Source of the DNA: Octopus sinensis
Taxonomy: Eukaryota
Length of the DNA stretch: 64,000 nt
Reading direction: 5' to 3'
Assembly (NCBI RefSeq): GCF_006345805.1
Contig: NC_042997.1
Location: 148,738,001-148,802,000 of the forward strand
The stretch's first letter is position 1. Each line of letters begins with the position of its first letter. A program made the translations under genes and the position numbers. The notes under the pieces were generated by a model that was given only the letters and a program-made list of their open reading frames with translations, was not told where the DNA came from and ran no database searches. This document shows positions 14,925 to 28,254 of the stretch, in pieces.

Positions 14925-15150
14925 ATGTTGTGTTTTTGTATCTGTGTTTGTTCCCCACCCCCGCTTTACAACTGGTGTCAGAGTGTTTGCCTCCCTGTAA
15001 ATTAGCGGTTCGGTAAAAGAGAACTATAAAATAAGTGTAAGGTTTAAAATAAAGAAGTACTGGGGTTGATTCCTCCGACGAAAATTCTTTATGATGGTCG
15101 TGCAGCATAGCATGGCCTCAGTGCAATGACTAAAATAAGTAAACAAGATA
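14925..15150 (+). mobile_element. Decayed 3' half of SINE family S2
   Basis: ttagcggttcggtaaaagag...cagcatagcatggcctcagtgcaatgactaaaataagtaa aligns with 20640-20843. Confidence 0.7.
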
Positions 15151-15496
15151 AACAAGAAGCAAGATATATATATATATATATATATATGTATATTTAAACA
15201 ATTTAAATATTTATACACGAAAGAGGTGATCCGTGACAGGACAACTTATATGCTAGAAAGGGCAGTCAAAGACCAAACCACGAATAAAAGCAATTTCAAA
15301 TGGAATGAAAATAAAGGAAGACATAGTTTCTTGTTACCCTCAGACTAGAGCAACTGAATTAATTTGTCATCTGTACTTCGTCACTGAAAATATGAAATGA
15401 TGTTGCCTATCAACTTTGTTATGCATGGTAGCCAACGGTATATAAATTTTTCTACCCTTATTATTTTCACAGTTTATATACATATATGTGTGTGGC

Positions 15497-15540
<44 letters not shown>

Positions 15541-16337
15541 TGTGTGTGTGTGAGTGTGTGAAACGAAGAGCTTCCTTTCAAAAATTTTGTATTGGATACA
15601 CAAATATGTTCCAATTAATTAGTTCAAGGTATTGATCTAATTCTTAATCTGATTTATTCTTCTATCAGCGCATCAGATCCGTATACTTCATTTGAAATAG
15701 GAGAACTGGTAACTTAATCGTTTACTTTTCCAACCTATTTCAGGTTCATCATTCATTTACAGTTTAATGGATTTATGTCCATAGTTCTATATTTTTAGTG
15801 GTCGGCTTATGCTACTACAGGGTTCCCTTCCAGAATGTGATCGTTAACGCTCTATATTTGCATGTCATAAAATTGGGAATGTTGTCATCTGTCCATTTTA
15901 TGATATATTGGGATATTAGGAATCAGTCTTATATTTCTGTGTGACGTTTTATGAATTAGGAACCATTTTCTGATGATATTTTCGTATCCAGCATTCTCTT
16001 ATTTTTACGTAGAGTGGTGATGTAATTGTATATTGATCTAAATGCATAGTGACGAGGTAGTTGAAAATTGAAAGTTTGTAACTTTTACCTTTCTGAGAAG
16101 CAAAGCTTATTTTATATCATTTTAAGATTGTTTTGAGGAGCGCCCAATTGTGGTGTGCTGTTAACGATATATTACTAACGTCACCTTAGATTTTGCTATG
16201 GTGTTGTGATGTAGTTTTGTTTAGTTTTATGAGTTTGTGTTTCATTATATGTGTATGCCTGTCTTTCACTGTGTATGCAATTGATTGTTACAACACATTT
16301 TAATGCAATATATATATATGCATGTATATATATGTAT

Positions 16338-16406
<69 letters not shown>

Positions 16407-18359
16407 ATACACAGTTATTTATACTTAGTTGTAATTAATAATATTTATAGCGTCGTTTTCCTCTCTATAACCACCTGTAGTATAGTATATCAATCTGATT
16501 ATCGGTTGTTAAGACGTTTGATTTAGAATATGGGATTCATTAGCTACACTAACATAGTTGGAAGGTTATTCAAATTTTCTCCCGAATAGTGTTTCACAAC
16601 GTCATTTAGTAATCATGCGAGCATTCGCTCTCTCCCTGTAGGTATCGTTAATTATTTGCGTCCTTTCTCCCCGGCTGCTTTGAATCTATCTACAAATAAG
16701 TTCAGTTCAATTCTAAGAATAATTGAATTGCGAATTGTCAAGGAAGCATTTCCCTTTCAAACTTTATAGTCTCGGAGCTAAGCTGGACGTAATATTTGCG
16801 AGATATCTCGCAATCAGTTTTATAAATAGTTGGCAATACATTATGATTGTAAGTATGAGTGGCTCAGTTGTGTGCGTAATCAGATATTCATCACCGAAAA
16901 TTGTATACCTACTCTCAGTACAGTTTGTGTATTTTCATGAATTATAAACTGATGTATCTTAGACACAACAACTAGATTTAAATATTCAATCTTTTATTGT
17001 CTTATTGTATATTTATAATAGTTTCTGTGCTAGTCAATTTAAATTTCCTTTATATTTTCTCCCAAACATTTGTAATGTTCTTATTGGTCCTGTATGCGAT
17101 AATTATAGATTTTACATTCACATTTACGCGTGATAATTAAGATTTTCAGGAAACAAATATTGTCTAAGATAACGGCAATTTAACGGAAAATATTTAGCTT
17201 GACAGGCTTTAAAAAAGTGGAAGACTCCGTATATTTGAGAAAATTCATAATACGTGATTTTAGATGTGCCAGTGAATGTAGTGGGAGAAATGAATTGGAG
17301 CATAAATAGCTTGCTTTATTCAATTTCATTGTGTTCGCTTCCATTTTCATCATGTATTTCCGTTTTCTTTGTAAAAATTTCTCTTTCCATTTCATAGATA
17401 GAAACACTGACTGCTATGAGGTAATCATCATATTGATATTTCAGCGAAAAATGCAAATTTAAATTATCTCCAAATATGAATTGTGCAAAGCTGAATTGTT
17501 GTGCATTGTTGAACGAGCAAAAAAAAGTTAGAGGTATTTGCTTTGGCGTATATAAAAAAGAAATAGAAGAAAATATTGGAAGAAATGAAAAGCAATTTAT
17601 GCTACAGCTAAAACAGAAAAAGAATAGAAAGTGTTGTCAGCTTTCAGTTTGATGCAGAGACTGTATGACACGAAGTGTGATAGAAATAAAGGCGAATTAA
17701 AACATCTATTGACATATGTAGAAAAAATCTAAAAAGTATTAAAACAAGTCGAATATTTATGGATTGAAACAAGACGAATATAAAACATTATTGAAAATTC
17801 ATGGAAGAACAAGCTAAAAAATACATATGTATATTAACATTGGATATAAGAAGGGATATAAAAATAAAGGAAGCAAAATTGGCAGGTCATTATTGATTTT
17901 TCTAAGAGAAATAATAATTAACATTGATAACGTACGTGGTATAAAAACAGAAAGAATAATACTATACAAGATTACAAAATCCTAGAAACCAAATGAAGTA
18001 GGATTTTGGTGAGAGTAAAACATCAGGTATAAATGCGTGATGAAGAAACGCAATTTTAATGTAAAAAATACATTATAAATCATTTCATTAACAAAAAAGA
18101 GAAGGATGAGAAAATTTGGTAACTGAACTTCATGGCCTGAATCTAGAAACATTTTATGTACAAATTTATGAGAAATAAATAATAGGAATATACAAAATAA
18201 CATCATATTTGTGTGCTATTTGGTGACAGTAAGATAAAGATATATTGGAAGTAATTCAATACAATAAATTCTATATTTTCGGTTTATATCTGTATTAGGA
18301 TGAAAATTCAACATTAGACAATGTACAGCCTAAGTGGATCACGTGAGTGAGAGTGAGAT

Positions 18360-18420
18360 CGCATGTGTGTGTGTATATATATATGTATATTATGTATATA
18401 TATATGTATATATATATATG

Positions 18421-18503
<83 letters not shown>

Positions 18504-18515
18504 GTATGTATGCGT
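18360..18515. repeat. (TA)n/(TATG)n microsatellite
   Basis: Seen directly. Confidence 0.95.
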
Positions 18516-19729
18516 GCTGTTGGCGATTTCTTTTCTCCCTTTGGACTTTTTCTCTTTCTCCTTTCCGACGAAGAGCTATGCTTGAAACGTCAAACTCTCT
18601 ATTTTCATCGAGCGGCAAAGTAATACATTTCATGTGTACGTCCTCTTAGTTAATTTTATTCGCTTATTTGAATTGATTTCTTTTTTTAATTAACTATATG
18701 TGTATGCACATATGATTATATATAAACAGAATGGAACACACATACACAAGGTACATAATTTTTTCAGTTCGTGCGTCGGCTGCATTGTTTAGGCGTAAGA
18801 GAATATATTCTGTATGCGCCTGGTGTAAAAAAAAAGCAAGGGAAAGTAAGTCAAAGTCAAAGTCCCTTTTCGGAGCCACAATCATCGATGTTTCATTATC
18901 GTTGCGACTTATCCATGCAGCATATTCCTGTTTTAGGTTAGAAATTTAAAATCAAGAGGCTTACAGTCCGTAATCAATGAATCAGTACAAAATGTGCATT
19001 GTCAGATCATTAGCTTCTTAAGTGACCACTCTGAGCAATATATTTCGTGATGTTAAATTTTGCAAAACCTTATAATGAACAGCAGAGCTTGATAGCGGAT
19101 GGAATTTCGACATCAAAAGACTAAACGTGTATAAAACAACGTTTATGGAAGCTAGTCCATGTATGTGCATCTTTGTAAGTACACGTTAAATAAGCATAGT
19201 TGGAAAATTATGGAACTTCAAAATTAGCACGTAACTACCCTGTGGAAATCTTGCTGTAGATTTGAGTGCTTCTAGTTTAATTGCTTCGGATATTTTGAAG
19301 AGGGAATGGTTGTTACAATAATATTTGTTGTGATATTGCATTATGCGCTATTTAGCAATCAATACCAAATCGAGACTCAGTATTCTTAGTAGCAGATAAT
19401 TTTTTGTGCTCGCTAGGAGTATCAGCTTCATATGCTACATTGAGATATTTGCATTTCTCTAAGTTCCACGATTGTAAATGTAGTACAAGTGATTATGGGT
19501 CTTCTATACAAATGTCATCGATGAATAAGATATCATACTCGTCGATCGTACTTAAGTTGGTCTCGTGCATTCTTTACTGAACGCAAGAATTTATCTGCAA
19601 GCGGAATCTGTTATTTTTGCTACAAATTCGATGTATTTGTGAAAACAATGTTCGTACGCACATACACGCGTATAGATGGATAGATAGATACATACATTCA
19701 TACGTACATATGCATATTCTAAAAGCAGG

Positions 19730-20285
19730 TATTTGTATTGCTTTTGCCCAAGGTCATTGTTCTATCTCCCGGTAAGACAAACTCTCGTCTGCAAATCGCC
19801 GGACATCGTTGTCATCTATGAAGCAGAAACGTATTTCCTTATGAAGAACTTGACAAAGAGGACCGGCGGCATCGTCAGCTTAGTCTTGAGAATAACCGGA
19901 AACGTCGGATGGTACCGTCAGGTCACCACTAAAGATCATCGTGCGTATACTTATCAGCTTGCAGCCTCCCAACTCATAGCTGTTCGCCGCATGCATAAGT
20001 GGGGATATGTCCTCCGCCTCCAGTTGGATAATACTTCTAGGCCATTACACCCATTTGACGCAGCAGTTATGCGCAGGAAAAGTAAATGTGGTACCACCCG
20101 CTCAGACTGCTCAACATGATTAAGGAAGACGTCCGTATGCTCGACGTCATCTTGGAGGATGCGATGGTGAGAGCCTGGTTTGTGATCTGCGGTGATGGGG
20201 AGCACTGGTTGGCTTGGTCGGATGTACGCATGGTAATGTCACTAGGACGACCAAACCAGGATGGTCACAGGTCCATCAAGCAAAT
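19730..20285 (+). mobile_element. RTE-like non-LTR retrotransposon 3' end, decayed
   Basis: Translation VIYEAETYFLMKNLTKRTGG...LRITGNVGW...SQLIAVRRMHKWGYVLR and later MIKEDVRML..ILEDAM resembles the RTE C-terminus (LLYGxETWTL...RxLRRILxIxW...IRxRRLRWxGHVxR...WxDxIKxD). Confidence 0.7.
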
Positions 20286-20347
20286 ACATGAAGCACGCAA
20301 GCACACATATACGTACATGCATACATGGATGTATACCTACATACATA

Positions 20348-20417
<70 letters not shown>

Positions 20418-20457
20418 TATGCGCATGTGTGTGTGTATGGTATATATATATATACAT

Positions 20458-20843
20458 AGGAGTGGCTGTGTGGTAAGTAGCTTGCTTACCAACCACATGG
20501 TTCCGGGTTCGGTCCCACTGCGTGGCATCTTGGGCATGTATCTTCTACTATAGCCTCGGGCCGATTAAAGCCTTGTGAGTGGATTTGGTAGACGGAAACT
20601 GAAAGAAGCCTGTCGTATATACGTATATATATATATGTATGTGTGTGTATATGTTTGTGTGTCTGTGTTTGTCCCCCTAGCATTGCTTGACAACCGATGC
20701 TGGTGTGTTTACGTCCCCGTCACTTAGCGGTTCGGCAAAGAGACCGATAGAATAAGTACTGGGCTTACAAAGATTTGCTCGACTAAAGGCGGTGCTCCAG
20801 CATGGCCGCAGTCAAATGACTGAAACAAGTAAAATAATAAAAG
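20458..20843 (+). mobile_element. tRNA-derived SINE, family S2 (CORE-like central domain), with internal TA/TG microsatellite
   Basis: Head ggagtggctgtgtggtaag...gggttcggtccc, central ttgggcatgtatcttc, tail ctccagcatggccgcagtcaaatgactgaaacaagtaa. Inverted copy at 46358-46766. Confidence 0.9.
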
Positions 20844-20884
20844 AGTATACACCATACACACTGATGACACGCACGCACGGACAT

Positions 20885-20929
20885 ATATAAGCATATACAT
20901 AGATGCATATCTTCATACGTATATATGTA

Positions 20930-21000
<71 letters not shown>

Positions 21001-21075
21001 TATATATATATATATATATATAATATATATATATATATATACATACATTATATATTCTATATATATGCATGCATA
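20885..21075. repeat. (TA)n microsatellite
   Basis: Seen directly. Confidence 0.95.
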
Positions 21076-21901
21076 TGTAAATTATAAATTAAGTATTATG
21101 TATTACGTATGTATTTGATATATATATACGAATGACAGATTTTATGAATTGGCTTCATTGTTATTTCTGATGTATAATTATGCCTATTTCTCAATTAGTC
21201 TTATTATTTCATATATAATAACTAGTATCTAATACGTCTACGTATATACGAACTACATAGTTATGTTTATACCTATTTGTTTCCTCCTCCTAATTACAAG
21301 CGTTACAATCCTTGTGTACACGTACCTACATCTCTCTCTTAATTCTGATTTATCATTAACTTCTTATTCTTCGACTATTTTATTTATTTATATGTTATAT
21401 TCTATTATCTTTTATTTAGTACTACAATGTGTCACACTAATGACATATTGAGTTGATTCGTAATTCACCGCTTAAATACACAAATATATTATCATTATCT
21501 CCAATTACATATGTAATATATAATTGCCCTCAATATGCACCCATTTTAAATTTGTTCCGCCTTTGCTGTTTTTATATATATATTTCCCTACATCTCATCT
21601 CTGCTATACATGAAAGAATTTTACATAATTCGATGTCATTTCTTTTATTTTATTTTCAATTCCTTTATTTATATATAAGTATATTTCCTCTTGCATAAAG
21701 GTTATATACTTAAAAAAGCTTTTATCCCCTTAGCATATATGTTTCATAGCATTTATTATTATAAAGCGAAGCAATAAGTTATTATTATTATTATTATTCA
21801 GTAGTTTTATTTTTATTTTTATAGCGTGCTTTCACTTCACTACCGAGCGCAGCTCTGTGTGCCTTGGGTATGTGCTGTGATTTGTTGTGATGCTCTGATG
21901 G

Positions 21902-22180
21902 TTATTGTATGGAAAGTGTTCTGCGTAGGATGTGTGCAGTGCCTAGTAGTGCAATTTTCTGTATGTTATATGTGTTTGTAAGTCCTGGTGTTTTTGTTAT
22001 GTATTTGTCTGAATATTTTTTTATCATGCCTAATGCACCTACTCTGATAGGAATTGTTTCTGTTTTCAGATTCCACATTCTAGTTACCTCTATTTCCAGG
22101 TCTTTGTATTTTGAGAGTTTCTCCATTTCTTTTAGAGACACGTTGTCATCTGCCGGTACTGATACATCAATTAGAAAGCA
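21902..22180 (-). CDS. C-terminal RLE endonuclease segment in the -1 frame of copy 1
   Basis: CFLIDVSVPADDNVSLKEMEKLSKYKDL...VGALG...QKIALLGTAHILRR* completes the PD-(D/E)xK motif begun at RPDIVV. Confidence 0.85.
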   Translation of the reverse strand, partial: CFLIDVSVPADDNVSLKEMEKLSKYKDLEIEVTRMWNLKTETIPIRVGALGMIKKYSDKYITKTPGLTNTYNIQKIALLGTAHILRRTLSIQ

Positions 22181-24046
22181 TTTTTTTCGTCATGGTCTCT
22201 GACAACTATATCTGGTCTGTTGACCTTAATTTCTCTATCTGTGTGTATCGGCATATCCCAGAGTATGGTTGCTTTCTCGTTTTCTGTGACCTTTTCTTGT
22301 GTGTGCCTATACCATCTTTTTTCTGTTGTTATTCCATAATGTTGGCATAGCTTCCAATGTATGTAAGTTCCAACTCTGTCATGTCTGTGAATATATTCCT
22401 TCTTAGCCAGGACTGGGCAGCTAGAGATAATATGATTTATTGTTTCTTGTCCATCTCCACATATTCTGCAGTTACTTGTAATATTTCTTTTCATTACATG
22501 TTTTTGGTAATTTCTGGTGGGGAGGCTTTGGTCTTGTGCTGCAATTAAAAATCCCTCTGTTTCTGCTTTGAGTCCTGAGCTTCTCAACCATTCCTGGGAT
22601 TTTTCTTTCTCTGTTTCTTTTGCGTTTAGTTTAGTCCAGTATTTACCATGAAGGGGCTTTTCTTGCCATCGTTTTATCATGGTTCGTTGCTGTACTATTT
22701 TTAGTTTGGATTTCATTTTTTTTATAGCTTTTGTTGTTTCTTCATCATCTTCTTCTTCTTCTTCATGTTTATTAGGTGGTATGATTTCTTGTTTGTATTT
22801 GTCAGCTTCCTTAAATACTGAGAACAGTTTTTTGTTTTGCACGTGTTTTGCCGCTATCTGGATCAGTTTTCCTTCCTTCTGAAGTAGATATTTTTGCAGT
22901 CCTATGGTGGTTATTTTATAGTAGTTTTCCAGCTGTATAAGGCCTCTACCACCTTCTATACGTTGTATATATAGTCTTTCTATGTCAGATTTTGGGTGAT
23001 GCATCCTAGATCCTGTCATTATTTTTCTTGTTTTCCTGTCTATTTTGGTCAGGTCATTTCGTGTCCAGTTAAGGATATTGTAGCTGTAACTTATAACTGG
23101 GACAGCTAAAGTGTTGATACCTATTATCTTGTTTTTAGCATTGAGCTCTGTGTTTAGTATTGATCTAACTCGTCTATAATATTCTTTTTTTATTTTCTCT
23201 TTCATTTGTGTGTGTTGTGTCTTATCTAGTTCATGGATTCCTAAGTATTTGTAAGTTTGGCTTTGGTCTAATTCTTTTATTTCATTTGCTTCATCTGGTG
23301 TGATGTTGTTACTCTTAACTAGTTTTCCTCTTTTCATGGTTACTTTGGCGCATTTTTCTAATCCAAATTTCATATCTATTTCTTTGGTAAATCCATGAAC
23401 TGTCTTTAATAGTGTTTCCAGCTGTTTTTCATTTGCAGCGTATAGTTTTAGGTCATCCATATATAAAAGGTGGCTGATCGTTTTGCCGTAACATTTATAT
23501 CCGCATCCAGTTCTATTTAGCATATCAGATAGAGGTGACAGTGCCAAGCAGAAAAGGAGTGGATAGAGCGTATCTCCCTGGAATATTCCTCTTCTAATGG
23601 GGATGTCTTTGGTTTTCATGAGTCCCTCTTTTGTTTGGAGGTGTAGGACTGTTTGCCATTTATTCATAGAGTGCTCTATGAATTTTATGATTGTTGGTGC
23701 TACTTTGTTAATGGCTAGTGTTTCGAGGATCCATGTGTGGGGGATGCTATCAAACGCCTTTTTGTAGTCAATCCAGGCCATACTGAGGCCTTTCTTCTTT
23801 CTGTGGCTGTCTTCAGTTATGGCTTTATTAATCATTAGTTGATCTTTACAGCCATATGAGCCTTTGCGGCATCCTTTCTGCTCTTCTGGGAACAGTTTGT
23901 TTTCGTCCAGGTGCTTGTTCAGCCTTTGTGATATCACTGCAGTAAATGCCTTGAACATAGTAGGGAGGCAGGTTATTGGTCTGTAGTTTTCTGGTTTTTC
24001 TGTTTCATTTGATTTGGGAATTAAGATGGTTTTCCCCTTCGTGAGC

Positions 24047-24048
<2 letters not shown>
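22171..24048 (-). CDS. Retrotransposon ORF: reverse transcriptase + CCHC zinc knuckle + start of RLE endonuclease (partial; frame open upstream of the track Met to W at 24046-24048)
   Basis: NYRPITCL, EEQKGCRKGS, WIDYKKAFDSIPH, GIFQGDTLYPLLF, HLLYMDDLKLY, YKYLGI, CRICGDGQETINHIISSC, HRHDRV, RPDIVV. No in-frame stop over about 625 codons. Confidence 0.93.
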
Positions 24049-24103
<55 letters not shown>

Positions 24104-24139
24104 CAACATCATCATCATCATCATTATTATTATTATTAA

Positions 24140-24214
<75 letters not shown>
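24048..24214. repeat. (TTA)n/(TCA)n microsatellite
   Basis: Seen directly; lies between repeat X and the Dong 5' end. Confidence 0.95.
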
Positions 24215-24550
24215 CGAGTGAGAGAGCAGTTCATCCCATGAAAGTGACACTGGGGTAAAATATACGAAGCCCAGTATACCCTTCATGACTACCCATCAGA
24301 TAAGGGTACACTAGGCACATGCATCACAACCAAATGTGCGCGACATGGTGATCTCATATCAAGATAAATAGCACATGACCTTGCAGTTGGGACCCAGTTA
24401 AACTTTTCTTCTCGTCGAGTAACCCACCCTTCTCAAAAGGTCTCTGAAAAAAGGTTGTTTAAGGATGTTGAACGAAACACCCATGTTTCCAGAAGTGAAT
24501 TATTCAAACCTCAAATAATCCCTCTGAACACATGGCTAGGATGCTCCCCA
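24215..24550 (-). mobile_element. Non-coding TAA-tailed interspersed repeat ('family X')
   Basis: Reverse complement aligns with 62075-62434 and with the split copy at 58817-58909 + 59489-59655; ends ...ctctcactc(g)ataataat. Confidence 0.8.
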
Positions 24551-24551
24551 T

Positions 24552-24651
24552 TGTCATCATTATCATCATCATCATCATCATCATCACCCTCATCATCATT
24601 ATAATTATTATTATTATTATTATTATTTTTATCATCATTATTATTATTATT

Positions 24652-24689
<38 letters not shown>

Positions 24690-24723
24690 TCATCATCATC
24701 ATCATCATCATTATCATCATCAC

Positions 24724-24762
<39 letters not shown>

Positions 24763-24773
24763 TATCATTATTA

Positions 24774-24810
<37 letters not shown>

Positions 24811-24825
24811 CATTATTATTACTAC

Positions 24826-24868
<43 letters not shown>

Positions 24869-24878
24869 GTTGTTGTTG

Positions 24879-24917
<39 letters not shown>

Positions 24918-24920
24918 TTA
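24552..24920. repeat. Compound (CAT)n/(TAT)n/(TAC)n/(TGT)n microsatellite
   Basis: Seen directly. Confidence 0.95.
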
Positions 24921-26309
24921 GGAACTAATTATCCCTTTCTGATAACTTTGGTAACTATATAATTGCCACGATTTTCTTCTACTTGATTTAAATTTTATAA
25001 CTTAATTATTTTGTATTGCAGTATTAAAGATAAGTACGATATTATATAGCATTACTATTTATATATAAATGCGTCTTCCTTCTTTTTATTTTTTTCTCCT
25101 TCTCATTATATTAATCTCTTCTTTTCTTACTTTAAGAGATGAAAATTTGCACTACCGGAATCAATTTAATGATACTTCTGTGGTATCGGAGAATTTTAAC
25201 TTCTGACTTTAGCAAAGCAGGTGCTTTTTCATCAAACGAAAATATAGTTTCACCATTCCATAACAAAACCGTTGTACTACACTTTGACAATTTTTTATAT
25301 CTTGGCATCTGAAAAATAAATATTGCAAAAAACGCATGTGGTTAAATTTGGATATACTACAGTTTAACCCAATAGTAACGATATATTTTTCGTTCAATGT
25401 ATATAGAAATGATATTCTACTGAGTAATATATTGAGATGTTTACAACTGTTTGAAATTGCAGCAACTATTTCTATTTGGATAGAATATAAATTCAATAAA
25501 ATGCATGAATCCGTTGGAATTTTAGAGGAAATAGACATTTTTCAGAAAGGCATCAAATTGTAAGAAGTCAGGTTGCATTAGTTATTGAATATTCTTGGAA
25601 GCCCACACGTTACAAGAAATACAAAGCATTGAAGTCGCGAGAAACGTATAGTACAATTAGTGAGAAACTGTGAACAATATATGAGAAATAGGCATTTTGG
25701 AAGTATATTTACGTTACTGTTCTTCACACAAATTGAGTTTAATCATCACCGTTCAAATCTCGGAGTAAATAAAGCCGAAATTATACCGATGAACGCAGTG
25801 TGATACACGCAGAAAAGTAAGTACTTATAATTGAGAAAGAATTGAAAATTTGCATGCTGTAAAATTCGACATTAGCAACAGTATATTTTAACATGGTTAT
25901 ATATTTGTTAAATTTCCCTAATCCTTAAAACCACTTTCTAGAACCATGAGCAATACTAATAGATATATACTGCACAATATAGCAGGGACAACAAGAAAAT
26001 CCTTAGGTGATATTAATTCATTAATAATATCTCCTAACGATTTCCTTGCTTGCTATCAATATTTTAAGCTTAATAGAATGTTTCACCTCCAAAGCAAGGA
26101 ACACACCGAAGCACAAGAAAATGAATCCCTAAAATACAGAATCGGTTACAGGGTAATTCATGTTTACGTTTATATTCCATCAGATGCTCATATTGTTCTC
26201 TAACTGTAATCGCTGAAAGAACTATGCCAGAAAGGAACTCGAGTTTTGGTAAACAAATTCTGTAAAGGAAAGAGAGGAATAATCTTAAAGACACAATCAA
26301 TCAATGATT

Positions 26310-26520
26310 CGCTTGATTCGATCAATCAGTCAATCAAAATCAATTCATCAGTCAGTAAAACAGTCAATTAATCTATCAATCAGTTAATCAATAAATAAAT
26401 CAGTAAATTATTCAATCAGTCAGTATATTATTCAATCAAGCAATCACTCAATCAAGCAATCAATCAATCAATCAGTCGTCAGTAAATCCATCAATCAATT
26501 AATCAATCAATCAAAGTATG
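26310..26520. repeat. Degenerate (CAAT)n tetranucleotide repeat
   Basis: Seen directly. Confidence 0.85.
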
Positions 26521-26641
26521 TGTCTATCTGTATGTCTGTCCTGCTAGGTCGTTACATATATGTCTGTCTATCTGTGTGTCAGGTAAGTTTTATATCCATG
26601 TTTAGACATCTATCCCTGAACCAAGTTGTAAGGTTGTCTGC

Positions 26642-26726
<85 letters not shown>

Positions 26727-27101
26727 TATATATGTTTGTATATAAATATATGCGCATATATATGCATGCGTATACATACGTATATATGTATGTGTGTGTG
26801 TGTATGTGTTTGCGTATGGGTGCGTATGCGTAAAGTTTGCGTATTTTATGCGTAAACTAATGGAAAAGTAAGCAAAAAAAAATTAATTGGCATAAACACG
26901 ATGAATTTTTGTGTCGACTGTAGGCTCATAAACACATAGGGCCTTTGAGAAGTGGTATATCGATAGCATATGAACTTATCCTTAATTTGCAGATCATATA
27001 TCGTGCTGCATTTTCTTATGGACAATTCTCTTGTTTAAATTTTCTGTTAAGTGTCATAGCAGAAAACTGATGCCAATATTCCGAGAGATAATGACATTCA
27101 C

Positions 27102-27284
27102 CGTCTTCATTAATGTATTGTGACCACAGTCGATTTGTGCAGCAAATTCCCAGAATGCCACTCCTATGTTTGCGTGAATGAACTCGTCCACTCGTTGGTG
27201 AATCTTGTTCGTAGTCGCTCTTAATCTCTCAAAGACTGCGTTTAATTCAATGCTCATTATCCCTTCTCCAAAATTGTCATCAAT
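27102..27284 (-). CDS. Candidate coding exon of an unidentified gene (IDDNFGEG...FWEFAAQIDCGHNTLMKT)
   Basis: Unique, GC-elevated sequence. A tttatag acceptor is followed by a 76-codon open frame with a possible ACG|gtgaat donor; the plus strand is closed in all frames. No homology recognised. Confidence 0.3.
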
Positions 27285-27342
27285 CTATAAATATTGTTCT
27301 TGCTAATGGTGTCAAACATACATACATACATACATACATACA

Positions 27343-27378
<36 letters not shown>

Positions 27379-27539
27379 TGTGTGTATGTATATGTATATA
27401 TATATATATATACAAGTATACTACAGTATCATCTGCAACGCTAAAAATATAACTCAAAAATTCTTCTGTGCCACGGAATAGTTATAAAGTTAATACAAGC
27501 TTGATAGGAAAAAAAACCCAGTGAACAATAAAATCTTAC

Positions 27540-27650
27540 CACCTTTGGTATGCCAGCAGAGGTAATACTGATTAGATTGGTATAATGATTTCGAATCTGA
27601 CGCCAAATGGTACCTGATTCTCGTCGGCGAAACCTGCCAGTCAACAACTC
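27540..27650 (-). CDS. Candidate coding exon (ELLTGRFRRRESGTIWRQIRNHYTNLISITSAGIPKV)
   Basis: ttttag acceptor, GTG|gtaaga donor, 111 nt, phase 0-0, compatible with 27102-27284. A second frame is also open, so the assignment is ambiguous. Confidence 0.22.
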
Positions 27651-27745
27651 CTAAAATTTGGCTCGACCATGCTTGGAAATTCACTTGAAGCAAGCAAACA
27701 CCACATAAACAAACGAAATGCATGAAATAAATACAAGAGAGATAT

Positions 27746-27967
27746 ATTTCTTTATTGCCCACAAGGAGCTAAACATAGAGGGGACAGACAAAGGGATTAA
27801 GTCAATTACATAGACCCCAGTGTGTAACTGGTACTTAAATTATCGACCACGAAAGGATGAAAGGCAAAGTCGACCTCGGCGGAATTTGAACTCACAACGT
27901 AACGGCAGGCGAATTGCGGCCACGCATTTCGCCCAGCGTGCTAACGTTTCTGCCAACTCGCCGCCTT
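27746..27967 (-). mobile_element. tRNA-derived SINE, family S1
   Basis: Minus strand ggcggcgagttggcagaaacgttagcacgc...gagttcaaattccgccgaggtcgactttgcctttcatcc...ggggtc; matches 39368-39576. Confidence 0.9.
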
Positions 27968-28016
27968 CAAAATACCATCACTAGTGGCAGCGGATAACAG
28001 CCGTACAGGCAATATT

Positions 28017-28071
<55 letters not shown>

Positions 28072-28092
28072 GCATACATACATGCACATACA

Positions 28093-28193
<101 letters not shown>

Positions 28194-28254
28194 CATACAT
28201 ACATACATACAAACATACATACATACATATATATATATAGTTGGAATTTGCATA

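Larger units (their letters stand above)
21779..24050 (-). mobile_element. R4/Dong-clade non-LTR retrotransposon, copy 1 (5'-truncated, about 2.27 kb)
   Basis: RT ORF, CCHC knuckle, RLE endonuclease, about 100-nt 3' UTR and (TAA)n tail; flanked by (TAA)n on both sides. Confidence 0.95.

Noticed and set aside
21909-22882. Plus-strand ORFs over Dong copy 1 (and minus-strand ORFs 37288-38059 and 63076-63978)
   Set aside because: Antisense shadows of the retrotransposon ORF.
27540-27690. QVSPTRIRYHLASDSK resembling integrin beta QVSPQRIALRL
   Set aside because: Similarity does not extend to the YYLMDLS motif or the PSI domain; probably chance.
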